In this document: piece by piece, positions 1 through 6,674 of the stretch
How positions within the stretch are numbered: the first letter of the stretch is position 1
Layout: each line of letters starts with the position of its first letter
Source of the DNA: a virus
Length of the DNA: 48,901 nt
IMG/VR virus record: IMGVR_UViG_3300040801_000836
Location: 1 to 48,901 of that record
Strand: one strand, 5' to 3'
The notes under the pieces: generated by a model
What the model saw: only the letters and a program-made list of their open reading frames with translations
Told to the model about the DNA's origin: nothing
The model's database searches: none
Made by a program: the position numbers and the translations under genes

Positions 1-117
1 GACTGACTTACCTTCTTTCCTTAGCCTGTTGATTCTGCGTATCACTTTGGATATGAACAGTAACATGCCTGCCCGGATACGTGGACTCCGCTCTTTCCAC
101 AGTTCAAACAGATCCCC
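1..117. repeat. 117-bp terminal overlap, identical to 48785..48901 (circular closure of the assembly)
   Basis: Base-by-base comparison of the first 117 nt with the last 117 nt shows identity. The overlap lies inside an open reading frame. Confidence 0.95.
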
Positions 118-2409
118 TTCCTCCGACTTCATATTTGCATTAGTAAGCACTGATATAGTCCTGCTCCGCAGATCTTGATTAGATACTACGGGGTTAAGTG
201 CTGTTAGTATCAGCGGTTTCTTTAGTCGTATGCTCTGAATCTTATTCGAGTACAGTACACGGTAGTCATACTGCCACCCTGTTGCAAGCACACATAAATT
301 GTTCTGTTCATCGTCTGATAGCCTGTTAAGGTTATCGAATATTGTTACGTGTCTACCCTTTAATGTCTTCGCCAGTTCCTTGTCAGCATACAGTCTACTG
401 TGTAGATCTGGTGAATCTCTTAGGTTACTCGATGTTGGATCAACCAAGTCTTTAACGAACCCCGCAGTGCTACTCTTACCACAGTTCGAAGCTCCGGTTA
501 TCTGTAGTAGCTGAGCGGTGCCTGTATTCACAACTGCTGTCGTCTGCCATGCAACAACCTCTATCAGATCCAAGTCATCAGATACCGTAGTGAATTTCCT
601 CAGTCCTTCAAGGTACTCTTCAATCAGCCAGTCTTCTTGCATCTCCCCCATTAGCCCCGGCTCAAACTCCAAAGCATCAGCGTCAACAGGGGCAACTAAC
701 GTGTTAGTTGTGTCCTTCCACAGCACAGGTGCAGTTATAGAAGGTATTACCCTAACTCCATTCTCGTCCACTACAGCAGTCTGCATCGGTTGATCGATAG
801 CACTTCCCATGTTGAAATACGTTGTGTGCTTATCATCTACCAGTTCTGTATAGCATCTGTTCTCTATCGGCGCTACTTTAAATGGGTTACGATAGTCCTC
901 CTTCCTTACTACGATAAGACGTATGACGTCCTTATCAAACCCTCTCGGCATGTTGTTCCCCATCATACCGAACAGTACCCCGTATATGTCATCCTCAATG
1001 CCATCAGCTATGGACTTGAGACTATACCCTTGATCGTGTTCAATCATGCAATACATACTACTATCAGACTTACCAATGTACCACTTGAATTTGTCTATCA
1101 CATCTTCAAGAACCAACTCAAGGTCATACTTCTCCTTGGCTGCGGTGCCTGCTGCTTTCTCTAAATCAGCTACAGATACAGTACCCCTAAGATCCCGCTT
1201 GATTATGGTCCGTATGCTTGCCCACTTTTCCGGTGCGCTTAGCTTTATATTCTGTATAGCCTCAAGACAAGGCTTCATAAATAGTACGGAAGCAGTGGCA
1301 CCTGTCTTGATTGCAGCTATCGCATCGGTTATCTCTTTGGTATCCTTATCTGCCTGCTCTCCAAACTTCTTGGCAACAGCAGTGGTCAGGTAACCCTTGA
1401 CCTTTTCTCTTGTGTAAAGATCTTTATCCGCTTGGTCACCGCGTACACCATGCTTATTGATAGCGGCCCACATCTTACTGTATACCCTGTTGATGTGGTA
1501 CACAAGATTGTCTGTTACTTCAGTGTCACCTACTTCTTGAACCAATTGAGCGCAGGCTCTATATGTAGGCTCATTTATTCCGAGTTCGGCTGAGCCTGCC
1601 ATCTCAATTGTTTTTTCCCACGACGAGCCGATAGGTATATGATTCGTGGTTCCCACACTAGCAGCAGCATAAGGATCATTCCCTAGTGCAGCAGTTGCGG
1701 TTTTAAAATGTTCCAGCAAGTCAGCCTTCCTAACATAAGGTGAAAGGTGGTCACAATGCAGGGTCAATCTAACTTTAGATAACAAGGTATCTTGAAAGTC
1801 TAGGCATATCCTTTTAGATATGTAGTCAGGCTGCACTTGCCGGAACAAACTATAATCTATTTTATATGTAGGGTTAAGCTTGTTATGCTCATAGCCCCAC
1901 TTGTGTAAATCCTCTAGTGGTACTGGTTCATCTAACAAGAAATAGATGTGTGCTCTTAATGTCTTCTCACTCCATGCACTGCTCGATAACATGCAGACGA
2001 ACTGAACATCTTTGAAAGCTGACAGTTTCATCTTGTCAACTAACATGTTAGTTACAGTCTTAGCTAAGTCCTCTTTAGTGAGGATCGAATAGCCATCTGG
2101 AACAGGCCAGCTATCCGCATCCAGCAATATTAGATTAGTCTCGTCACAGGTAAAGTTCTCTTTCTTTCTACGCGCCGGTTGTGGTAGTCCGGGTACAGGT
2201 CTGCCGTATATCCTAAAAGCTTTCTTGTCTTCACACTTTTTTAACAGTCCATATAGCTCTGCTGCACTGTTAACTGTGGTAGTAGCATGTTTGAAAAGCT
2301 TTCCTAGCTCATAGCTACTGACAACTTTAAGCTCTCCAGACTTCTTAGAAAATACTTTGGCAGTTGACGCACCTGACCATACTGGCCGCAAAATCGTAAT
2401 ATTTGACAT
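1..2409 (-). CDS. DNA primase-polymerase / SF3 (D5/P4-type) helicase fusion, N-terminal and central part. The ORF leaves the window at base 1 and resumes at 48784, about 965 codons in total.
   Basis: ATG at 2409..2407. My translation finds no stop in this minus frame down to base 1, and the ORF is missing from the track because it has no in-window stop. It is in frame with ORF 48296..48850 through the overlap (2409-66 is divisible by 3). Walker A ITGASNCGKSS lies around 472..510. LILLDADS and RAHIYFLLDE near the N-terminus resemble primase-polymerase motifs. Confidence 0.7.
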   Translation of the reverse strand, partial: MSNITILRPVWSGASTAKVFSKKSGELKVVSSYELGKLFKHATTTVNSAAELYGLLKKCEDKKAFRIYGRPVPGLPQPARRKKENFTCDETNLILLDADSWPVPDGYSILTKEDLAKTVTNMLVDKMKLSAFKDVQFVCMLSSSAWSEKTLRAHIYFLLDEPVPLEDLHKWGYEHNKLNPTYKIDYSLFRQVQPDYISKRICLDFQDTLLSKVRLTLHCDHLSPYVRKADLLEHFKTATAALGNDPYAAASVGTTNHIPIGSSWEKTIEMAGSAELGINEPTYRACAQLVQEVGDTEVTDNLVYHINRVYSKMWAAINKHGVRGDQADKDLYTREKVKGYLTTAVAKKFGEQADKDTKEITDAIAAIKTGATASVLFMKPCLEAIQNIKLSAPEKWASIRTIIKRDLRGTVSVADLEKAAGTAAKEKYDLELVLEDVIDKFKWYIGKSDSSMYCMIEHDQGYSLKSIADGIEDDIYGVLFGMMGNNMPRGFDKDVIRLIVVRKEDYRNPFKVAPIENRCYTELVDDKHTTYFNMGSAIDQPMQTAVVDENGVRVIPSITAPVLWKDTTNTLVAPVDADALEFEPGLMGEMQEDWLIEEYLEGLRKFTTVSDDLDLIEVVAWQTTAVVNTGTAQLLQITGASNCGKSSTAGFVKDLVDPTSSNLRDSPDLHSRLYADKELAKTLKGRHVTIFDNLNRLSDDEQNNLCVLATGWQYDYRVLYSNKIQSIRLKKPLILTALNPVVSNQDLRSRTISVLTNANMKSEEGDLFELWKERSPRIRAGMLLFISKVIRRINRLRKEGKSV
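694..709. repeat. Palindrome copy, 2-nt spacer (GT), intragenic
   Basis: AACTAACGTGTTAGTT, read as TNTLV in the primase-helicase ORF. Confidence 0.95.
2038..2053. repeat. Palindrome copy, 2-nt spacer (AT), intragenic
   Basis: AACTAACATGTTAGTT, read as TNMLV in the primase-helicase ORF. Confidence 0.95.
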
Positions 2410-2425
2410 GAAGAAAAGACCTTAT

Positions 2426-2440
2426 CTCTAACTGTTAGTT
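2426..2440. repeat. Degenerate palindrome copy, 1-nt spacer
   Basis: CTCTAAC-T-GTTAGTT, in the leader between promoter 2471..2499 and the primase start. Confidence 0.6.
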
Positions 2441-2470
2441 GAATCCCCCCTGTACACTGTGACAAGACTA

Positions 2471-2499
2471 ATCTTACTACGAAATTTTATTTTTGTCAA
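2471..2499 (-). promoter_or_regulatory. Sigma70-like promoter for the primase-helicase gene (TTGACA-17-TAAGAT)
   Basis: On the minus strand the -35 TTGACA is at 2499..2494 and the -10 TAAGAT at 2476..2471, with a 17-nt spacer. It has the same -10 as the promoter at 7974..8002. The -35 overlaps the TGA stop of the upstream ORF. Confidence 0.55.
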
Positions 2500-3017
2500 G
2501 CACTTTTTTCTACGTGAAATCGGCTACTTGGATGCAAAGCCTCACGAACTTTAGCATCATCTATAACGTACCTCACCTTGTACATAACCCATGGCGGCGG
2601 CTGACCTATCAGTATAGATGGTTCTCTACCTTCGACAAATGGTCCCTGTTCATCTCGGGTATTCATGCCTGACAAGATCAGTCCCGGTAATGCGAAGTCC
2701 GCAACTATACCTTCCAAGTTTACTAACCATGCGTGAAGCTCCATCGGTGGGTTAAAGTCATGTCCGTATGCACTGGTTCCTGTTATAGATACCACTCTGA
2801 CATCTCCCATAACCATAGCAAAACCCGGTAGGAATTTCCTCGCAATCCAATTCTTTTCCACGCATGATCCATACAACGACAGTCCTTTGAACTTGCTCTG
2901 GACAATACCTAACTGTACCATTGCCATGTTGCTCACGTTATCTTTGCCTATCAGTGGGTAGCGTTCGCTTCCTGTCATCCTGATACTGAGGTCCACCTGT
3001 CTGATATCTTCTTTCAC
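2496..3017 (-). CDS. Hypothetical protein (173 aa)
   Basis: Track ORF with a GTG start preceded by the strong SD AAGGAGG 7 nt upstream. It shares a GTGA overlap with the upstream gene. No recognisable motif. Confidence 0.7.
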   Translation of the reverse strand: MKEDIRQVDLSIRMTGSERYPLIGKDNVSNMAMVQLGIVQSKFKGLSLYGSCVEKNWIARKFLPGFAMVMGDVRVVSITGTSAYGHDFNPPMELHAWLVNLEGIVADFALPGLILSGMNTRDEQGPFVEGREPSILIGQPPPWVMYKVRYVIDDAKVREALHPSSRFHVEKSA

Positions 3018-3283
3018 TCGTCATCCTCCTTTACTATGCAGTCGCTCTTGATAGTCCCATCAGGCTCAATTATACAGCCGTCCGGCTTCTGCCCTTTAAT
3101 TGCTCTGGCCTTGCCAACAGTATCGTTATAAAGCTTAATCAGTTCATCTCTGGTATAAGCAAGATCTTCATAAGATCTACTGTTCAGTTCATCGAATGAT
3201 TGCCTGCTGTACCCAAGTTTCTCACGCAGCAACATGATATTACTGATAGTAGCCATCTTAACTAACTCGTTTGTCATGCTCAT
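3014..3283 (-). CDS. Hypothetical protein (89 aa)
   Basis: Track ORF with SD AAGGTG 5 nt before the ATG. It contains a degenerate palindrome copy read as TNELV. Confidence 0.7.
   Translation of the reverse strand: MSMTNELVKMATISNIMLLREKLGYSRQSFDELNSRSYEDLAYTRDELIKLYNDTVGKARAIKGQKPDGCIIEPDGTIKSDCIVKEDDE
3260..3275. repeat. Degenerate palindrome copy, 2-nt spacer, intragenic
   Basis: AACTAAC-TC-GTTTGTC, read as TNELV in ORF 3014..3283. Confidence 0.5.
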
Positions 3284-3292
3284 GTTATCACC

Positions 3293-3463
3293 TTAATAGT
3301 AGTATGGGTCGTCGCAACCCATGAGTGTTGGGTCCGCTTTACAATTTGCCTCGGCTTGTGCCTGCTCAGCGGGTGTCGGGTGTACTTCTTCCTTTGTGTC
3401 TACGATATGACCAATCAGAAAGAATATGGACATAGTCGTAACAATGATCATCTTAATAAACAT
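3293..3463 (-). CDS. Small membrane-anchored protein (56 aa, below the track threshold)
   Basis: My translation is MFIKMIIVTTMSIFFLIGHIVDTKEEV...DDPYYY. SD AAGGGAG lies upstream of the ATG at 3463, there is a hydrophobic N-terminal helix, and the ORF exactly fills the gap between two genes. Confidence 0.5.
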   Translation of the reverse strand: MFIKMIIVTTMSIFFLIGHIVDTKEEVHPTPAEQAQAEANCKADPTLMGCDDPYYY

Positions 3464-3477
3464 AGTGTCTCCCTTGT

Positions 3478-3493
3478 GGGGGCCGAAGCCCCC
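3478..3493 (-). other. GC hairpin with C(UUCG)G tetraloop in the minus-strand RNA
   Basis: The minus strand reads GGGGGC-UUCG-GCCCCC. It lies between palindrome 3497..3511 and the SD of the next gene. Confidence 0.6.
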
Positions 3494-3496
3494 GTT

Positions 3497-3511
3497 AACT
3501 AACAGTTAGTT
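3497..3511. repeat. Palindrome copy, 1-nt spacer, intergenic
   Basis: TAACTAACAGTTAGTTA. Overlaps the TAA stop of 3510..4667. Confidence 0.95.
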
Positions 3512-4667
3512 ACATGCGAATGACAGTGCCATATGGCGGATTGAACCTTTCGTTTTGTCCCCATATAACCCATACCACAGGGTAATCAGGCTCCGGTGCA
3601 AAGCGATTGCAGAATCCATCAGTCATGTAGAAAGCCATAGTAGGCTCGATATTCTCCTGCTCTATCCACTTGAAAGGTGGTCTGAAGTCAGTGCCACCAC
3701 CACCAACAGGCTTCGGTTCCCAAGGATCGGTGTTGTGTACTGTCTGCGGACCTTTAACTCTGGTATCACACCACAATACATAGGTGACCTCTGGTCTGTT
3801 CTGCTGGATGATCTCCATTGCCTCGCCTGCCATCTTTGCCAGTTCATCTTTGCCTATTGAGCATGACGTGTCCATAAAAAGCCCGAATACTCCCGGTCGC
3901 TTGCCTACCATCCCCGGCAGGATAAAGTCGCAGTCGTAGCGCCTGTCAGGGTACTGGAATGTGTAGTCATCAGCGCCCAACAGATCCTCGATAACATCAG
4001 GTAGCGCCTGCTTCCAATCCGTTTTCGATTCTGTTATCTTATCCAATCGCCGTTTCAGTCCGGCAGGCATACTGCCCATCATTCGCCCTTGCTGGATAGC
4101 TTCGATTTGCTTCTGCCTATGTTCGGCGGCGGCTTTCTTCATCTCCTGCTCAGTAGGCGGCGGCGGTGCTTCCTCACCTTTAGCCTTGGCATCATGCTCT
4201 TTCTTTTCTTGGTCTGATCCGCACTTGCCATGCTTTTTCGGGTTCCAGTCCTTATCATTAGATCGTGGCTCGTCCTCTAGCAGTTGATAGATCTCTTCCA
4301 ATGGCATACCTTTAAATCGTGGTGACCATACTGCATCCCAAGGTAGCTCAAGCCCGCAGTCAAGCAACAGATCATTAACTTCATAATCGGCGGCCTCCTG
4401 TCGTTTCTTCTGGTCAGGCAGTTTATGGATACGTGCCGGATGATCAAGGAATACATGCGCGTACTCATGCAGCACCTTAAAATACCTGTCGATAGGCGAT
4501 GTTCTCTCCATATGTACAGGGTTATATTCCATCTTGCCAGTGGTGATCTGCAACGTGGGTATAAACTCGTTTGGCTCGACCTCAGTGCTGAATACCCATC
4601 TGCTAAATAGTGGATAGTCGCCCACTATCTTTGCGCAGATCTTCTCCATTTGCTCTTGTGTAAACAT
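3510..4667 (-). CDS. VWA-domain protein with an N-terminal HExxH metallopeptidase-like domain (DUF2201/CobT-like partner of the MoxR ATPase)
   Basis: HEYAHVFLDH (HExxH) in the N-terminal half, MIDAS-like DTSCS in FMDTSCSIG, and a position immediately downstream of the AAA ATPase. Confidence 0.8.
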   Translation of the reverse strand: MFTQEQMEKICAKIVGDYPLFSRWVFSTEVEPNEFIPTLQITTGKMEYNPVHMERTSPIDRYFKVLHEYAHVFLDHPARIHKLPDQKKRQEAADYEVNDLLLDCGLELPWDAVWSPRFKGMPLEEIYQLLEDEPRSNDKDWNPKKHGKCGSDQEKKEHDAKAKGEEAPPPPTEQEMKKAAAEHRQKQIEAIQQGRMMGSMPAGLKRRLDKITESKTDWKQALPDVIEDLLGADDYTFQYPDRRYDCDFILPGMVGKRPGVFGLFMDTSCSIGKDELAKMAGEAMEIIQQNRPEVTYVLWCDTRVKGPQTVHNTDPWEPKPVGGGGTDFRPPFKWIEQENIEPTMAFYMTDGFCNRFAPEPDYPVVWVIWGQNERFNPPYGTVIRM

Positions 4668-4678
4668 AAGTCCTCCAT

Positions 4679-4694
4679 GCTCCCCGAAGGGAGC
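4679..4694 (-). other. GC hairpin with C(UUCG)G tetraloop in the minus-strand RNA
   Basis: The minus strand reads GCUCCC-UUCG-GGGAGC. It directly follows palindrome 4695..4709 and precedes SD GGAGGA. Confidence 0.6.
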
Positions 4695-4709
4695 AACTAA
4701 CAGTTAGTT
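4695..4709. repeat. Palindrome copy, 1-nt spacer, intergenic
   Basis: AACTAACAGTTAGTTA. Overlaps the stop of the AAA ATPase gene. Confidence 0.95.
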
Positions 4710-5844
4710 AATCAATATACAGATCCATGTTCGCGGCCCACCAACGTTGTGCGGAATCAGTCTCGGCAAGCGCTTTGTTGTGCTGCCTTACCAAGCGGAA
4801 GAATACCACTTGATAGGTTTTCGCCATCTTGCCAATAAACTGAAAGATCTGTTTATGGTGTATCGCCTTTCCGCTGTTAGCAAGCATACCAAGCATACCA
4901 TATTTAACGTCAAGAGCCTGATTAATAGGGTAGTCCTCTGGATCATTAATGATGTCCGCATATGGCGGCAACTTGTGTCGAATACGTTCGAAAGCGGCAT
5001 ACTGCTCGCCCCATTCAGATCCGAGATTGCCTGCGCAAACTATAGTCCGCATTTCGTTCAACTCTTTGTCGTCCTCTTTCGGCTGGCCCCATAATTGGTC
5101 GAAGCCGTAAAGGTTCTTAGATAACTTTTCCCAAAGTCTCGGGTTCGGTGACTGCTCCATACCTTTATCGGTGCGGAAGTCAGACAGTGCGCCTGCCTGC
5201 ATTTCCAAGAATAATGGAATAGTAGGGTATATGTTGTTCTCGTTTGCCCAAACACGCCAGCCCGGAAGATCTTCCATTAACTCGACAATGATAGCAAAGC
5301 GGCTCTTAACTGCTTCAAGCAGGCCAACAACACCTGACTTGTGCTCTTTTCCATTGGTCGCGGCAATGATCTTTACACAGTCTGGTAACTTGCGTCCGCA
5401 CAGTTCCCGGTCCCCGATAAGCTGCATCAGTGCTTTTTGTACAGAGTCCGGTGCTTGACCAAAATCGTCAAAGAACCAGATGGTAGGTTCTGTTGCAGTT
5501 AATATCTGGAGCATTTGCCCGAAAGGTAAGAAAGTGGCAATATCTATCCACTCTTCATCCTCGGGTTCTGGACTTTCGCCATCCAGCCCCATAAGAAGAT
5601 CTTCAAGCTCAATCTTACGTTCGACTCTCATTCTCGACTTTGCAGGATACCCTTTGATATCCTGTGGTGCATCAACAGCCGGGTGACTGATAATCAGATT
5701 GATTGCTCTTTCAAGACAGAACATTTTCGGCGTTCTGGTCTTTCCAATGCCGGGTTTACCAACTATAAGAAGTGGTTCGCCTGTTAGCATTGTAAGGTCC
5801 AGCAGTTTCCAATACTGCTCGTGATTGATCTGTTTAAGTGCCAT
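4708..5844 (-). CDS. AAA+ ATPase, MoxR/CobS-like (378 aa from the ATG at 5844)
   Basis: Walker A GKPGIGKT and Walker B IWFFDDF. I prefer the start MALKQINHEQ because SD AGAGG lies 7 nt upstream. The longer track ORF (to 5901) overlaps a small hydrophobic ORF. Confidence 0.8.
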   Translation of the reverse strand: MALKQINHEQYWKLLDLTMLTGEPLLIVGKPGIGKTRTPKMFCLERAINLIISHPAVDAPQDIKGYPAKSRMRVERKIELEDLLMGLDGESPEPEDEEWIDIATFLPFGQMLQILTATEPTIWFFDDFGQAPDSVQKALMQLIGDRELCGRKLPDCVKIIAATNGKEHKSGVVGLLEAVKSRFAIIVELMEDLPGWRVWANENNIYPTIPLFLEMQAGALSDFRTDKGMEQSPNPRLWEKLSKNLYGFDQLWGQPKEDDKELNEMRTIVCAGNLGSEWGEQYAAFERIRHKLPPYADIINDPEDYPINQALDVKYGMLGMLANSGKAIHHKQIFQFIGKMAKTYQVVFFRLVRQHNKALAETDSAQRWWAANMDLYID

Positions 5845-5860
5845 AGTGTGACCTCTATGT

Positions 5861-5941
5861 TTAGATTGATACCATTGCGGCGATGACGCACAATGCGACA
5901 ACTGCCAGCGTTATTACTGCTTTTATTATGTCAACTAACAT
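5861..5941 (-). CDS. Possible 26-aa hydrophobic micro-ORF that starts at the ATG inside a palindrome copy
   Basis: My translation is MLVDIIKAVITLAVVALCVIAAMVSI. AAGGG lies 8 nt upstream, and the ATG is the centre of AACTAACATGTTAGTT. Very short, so speculative. Confidence 0.25.
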   Translation of the reverse strand: MLVDIIKAVITLAVVALCVIAAMVSI

Positions 5942-5948
5942 GTTAGTT
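5933..5948. repeat. Palindrome copy, 2-nt spacer (AT), intergenic
   Basis: AACTAACATGTTAGTT, after the stop of 5956..6333. Confidence 0.95.
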
Positions 5949-5955
5949 ACCCTTG

Positions 5956-6333
5956 TTATGAATGATAAGAATAAGTCAGTTTGTGACCGCTGAATACAGC
6001 CCCCATGACGAATACATTGCCTTTCAAGTTTTCGAACCTTGCAAGCATATTAGCTTTCTCATCGAAGTGGATATCAAGGTTATTATAGCGGTTATATTGT
6101 GCATACCAAATAAGGTGACCTATCGCCCCCATAACAGTTTGCTCTATATTACAATCTGCTGCATACTTGAACAGATCTCTATCTTTCAAAAAGATAGCTT
6201 GTGTAATGGCCTGCCCTTTGATTGCTTTCGCGTTCTCAATAACCTTAGTTATGTCAAGGTGAATGTTGATTGTCGGCTTGAATACCACATCTAAGTCATA
6301 CGGATCGATGGCGTTCATGTTCTGCTCTTGCAT
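5956..6333 (-). CDS. Hypothetical protein (125 aa), first gene of the leftward operon
   Basis: Track ORF with SD GGAGG upstream of the ATG at 6333. Confidence 0.75.
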   Translation of the reverse strand: MQEQNMNAIDPYDLDVVFKPTINIHLDITKVIENAKAIKGQAITQAIFLKDRDLFKYAADCNIEQTVMGAIGHLIWYAQYNRYNNLDIHFDEKANMLARFENLKGNVFVMGAVFSGHKLTYSYHS

Positions 6334-6355
6334 GGTGTGACCTCCATAAAAGATT

Positions 6356-6370
6356 AACTAACTGTTAGTT
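6356..6370. repeat. Palindrome copy, 1-nt spacer, in the leader of the leftward operon
   Basis: TAACTAACTGTTAGTTA, 23 nt upstream of the ATG at 6333. Confidence 0.95.
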
Positions 6371-6416
6371 ATCCGGTAAAAGAATATATTCCGAACAACA
6401 TTAAAAAAGCAGGACT

Positions 6417-6431
6417 AACTAACTGTTAGTT
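6417..6431. repeat. Palindrome copy, 1-nt spacer, in the leader of the leftward operon
   Basis: AACTAACTGTTAGTT, about 30-45 nt downstream of the predicted start of promoter 6468..6496. Confidence 0.95.
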
Positions 6432-6467
6432 GGTCGCTGCAAATAAATCATATCATGTAAAGCACTA

Positions 6468-6496
6468 ATAATACTATACTTTTTTCCTTTTGTCAA
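6468..6496 (-). promoter_or_regulatory. Sigma70-like promoter of the leftward early/replication operon (TTGACA-17-TATTAT) with an A/T-rich upstream element
   Basis: On the minus strand the -35 TTGACA is at 6496..6491 and the -10 TATTAT at 6473..6468. An upstream AAATTATTTTTATTT tract is shared with the promoter at 7974..8002. Confidence 0.65.
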
Positions 6497-6619
6497 TAGC
6501 GCCCGCTCGCGCAAATAAAAATAATTTTATGATTACGTATAGTTAGATAGACTATATTCAAAAAGCGCTTAAACTGCGATATGCGGACCTTTTGAACATA
6601 GGCTATATAAATACACTAG

Positions 6620-6645
6620 CCCCCTGCCGCTTTCGCAACAGGGGG
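6620..6645 (-). terminator. Hairpin terminator candidate after the Ala/Lys-repeat gene
   Basis: CCCCCTG...CAGGGGG forms a 7-bp GC stem with an inner GC(GAAA)GC. On the minus strand it is followed by a U-rich GUGUAUUUAUAU tract. Confidence 0.5.
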
Positions 6646-6674
6646 CCATTCCAGCGCCTTATATCGGCTATTGT

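Noticed and set aside
299-1393. Four plus-strand track ORFs (71-124 aa)
   Set aside because: They are antisense to the long open primase-helicase frame, have no SD, and have low-complexity Ser/Cys-rich composition. They are shadow ORFs.
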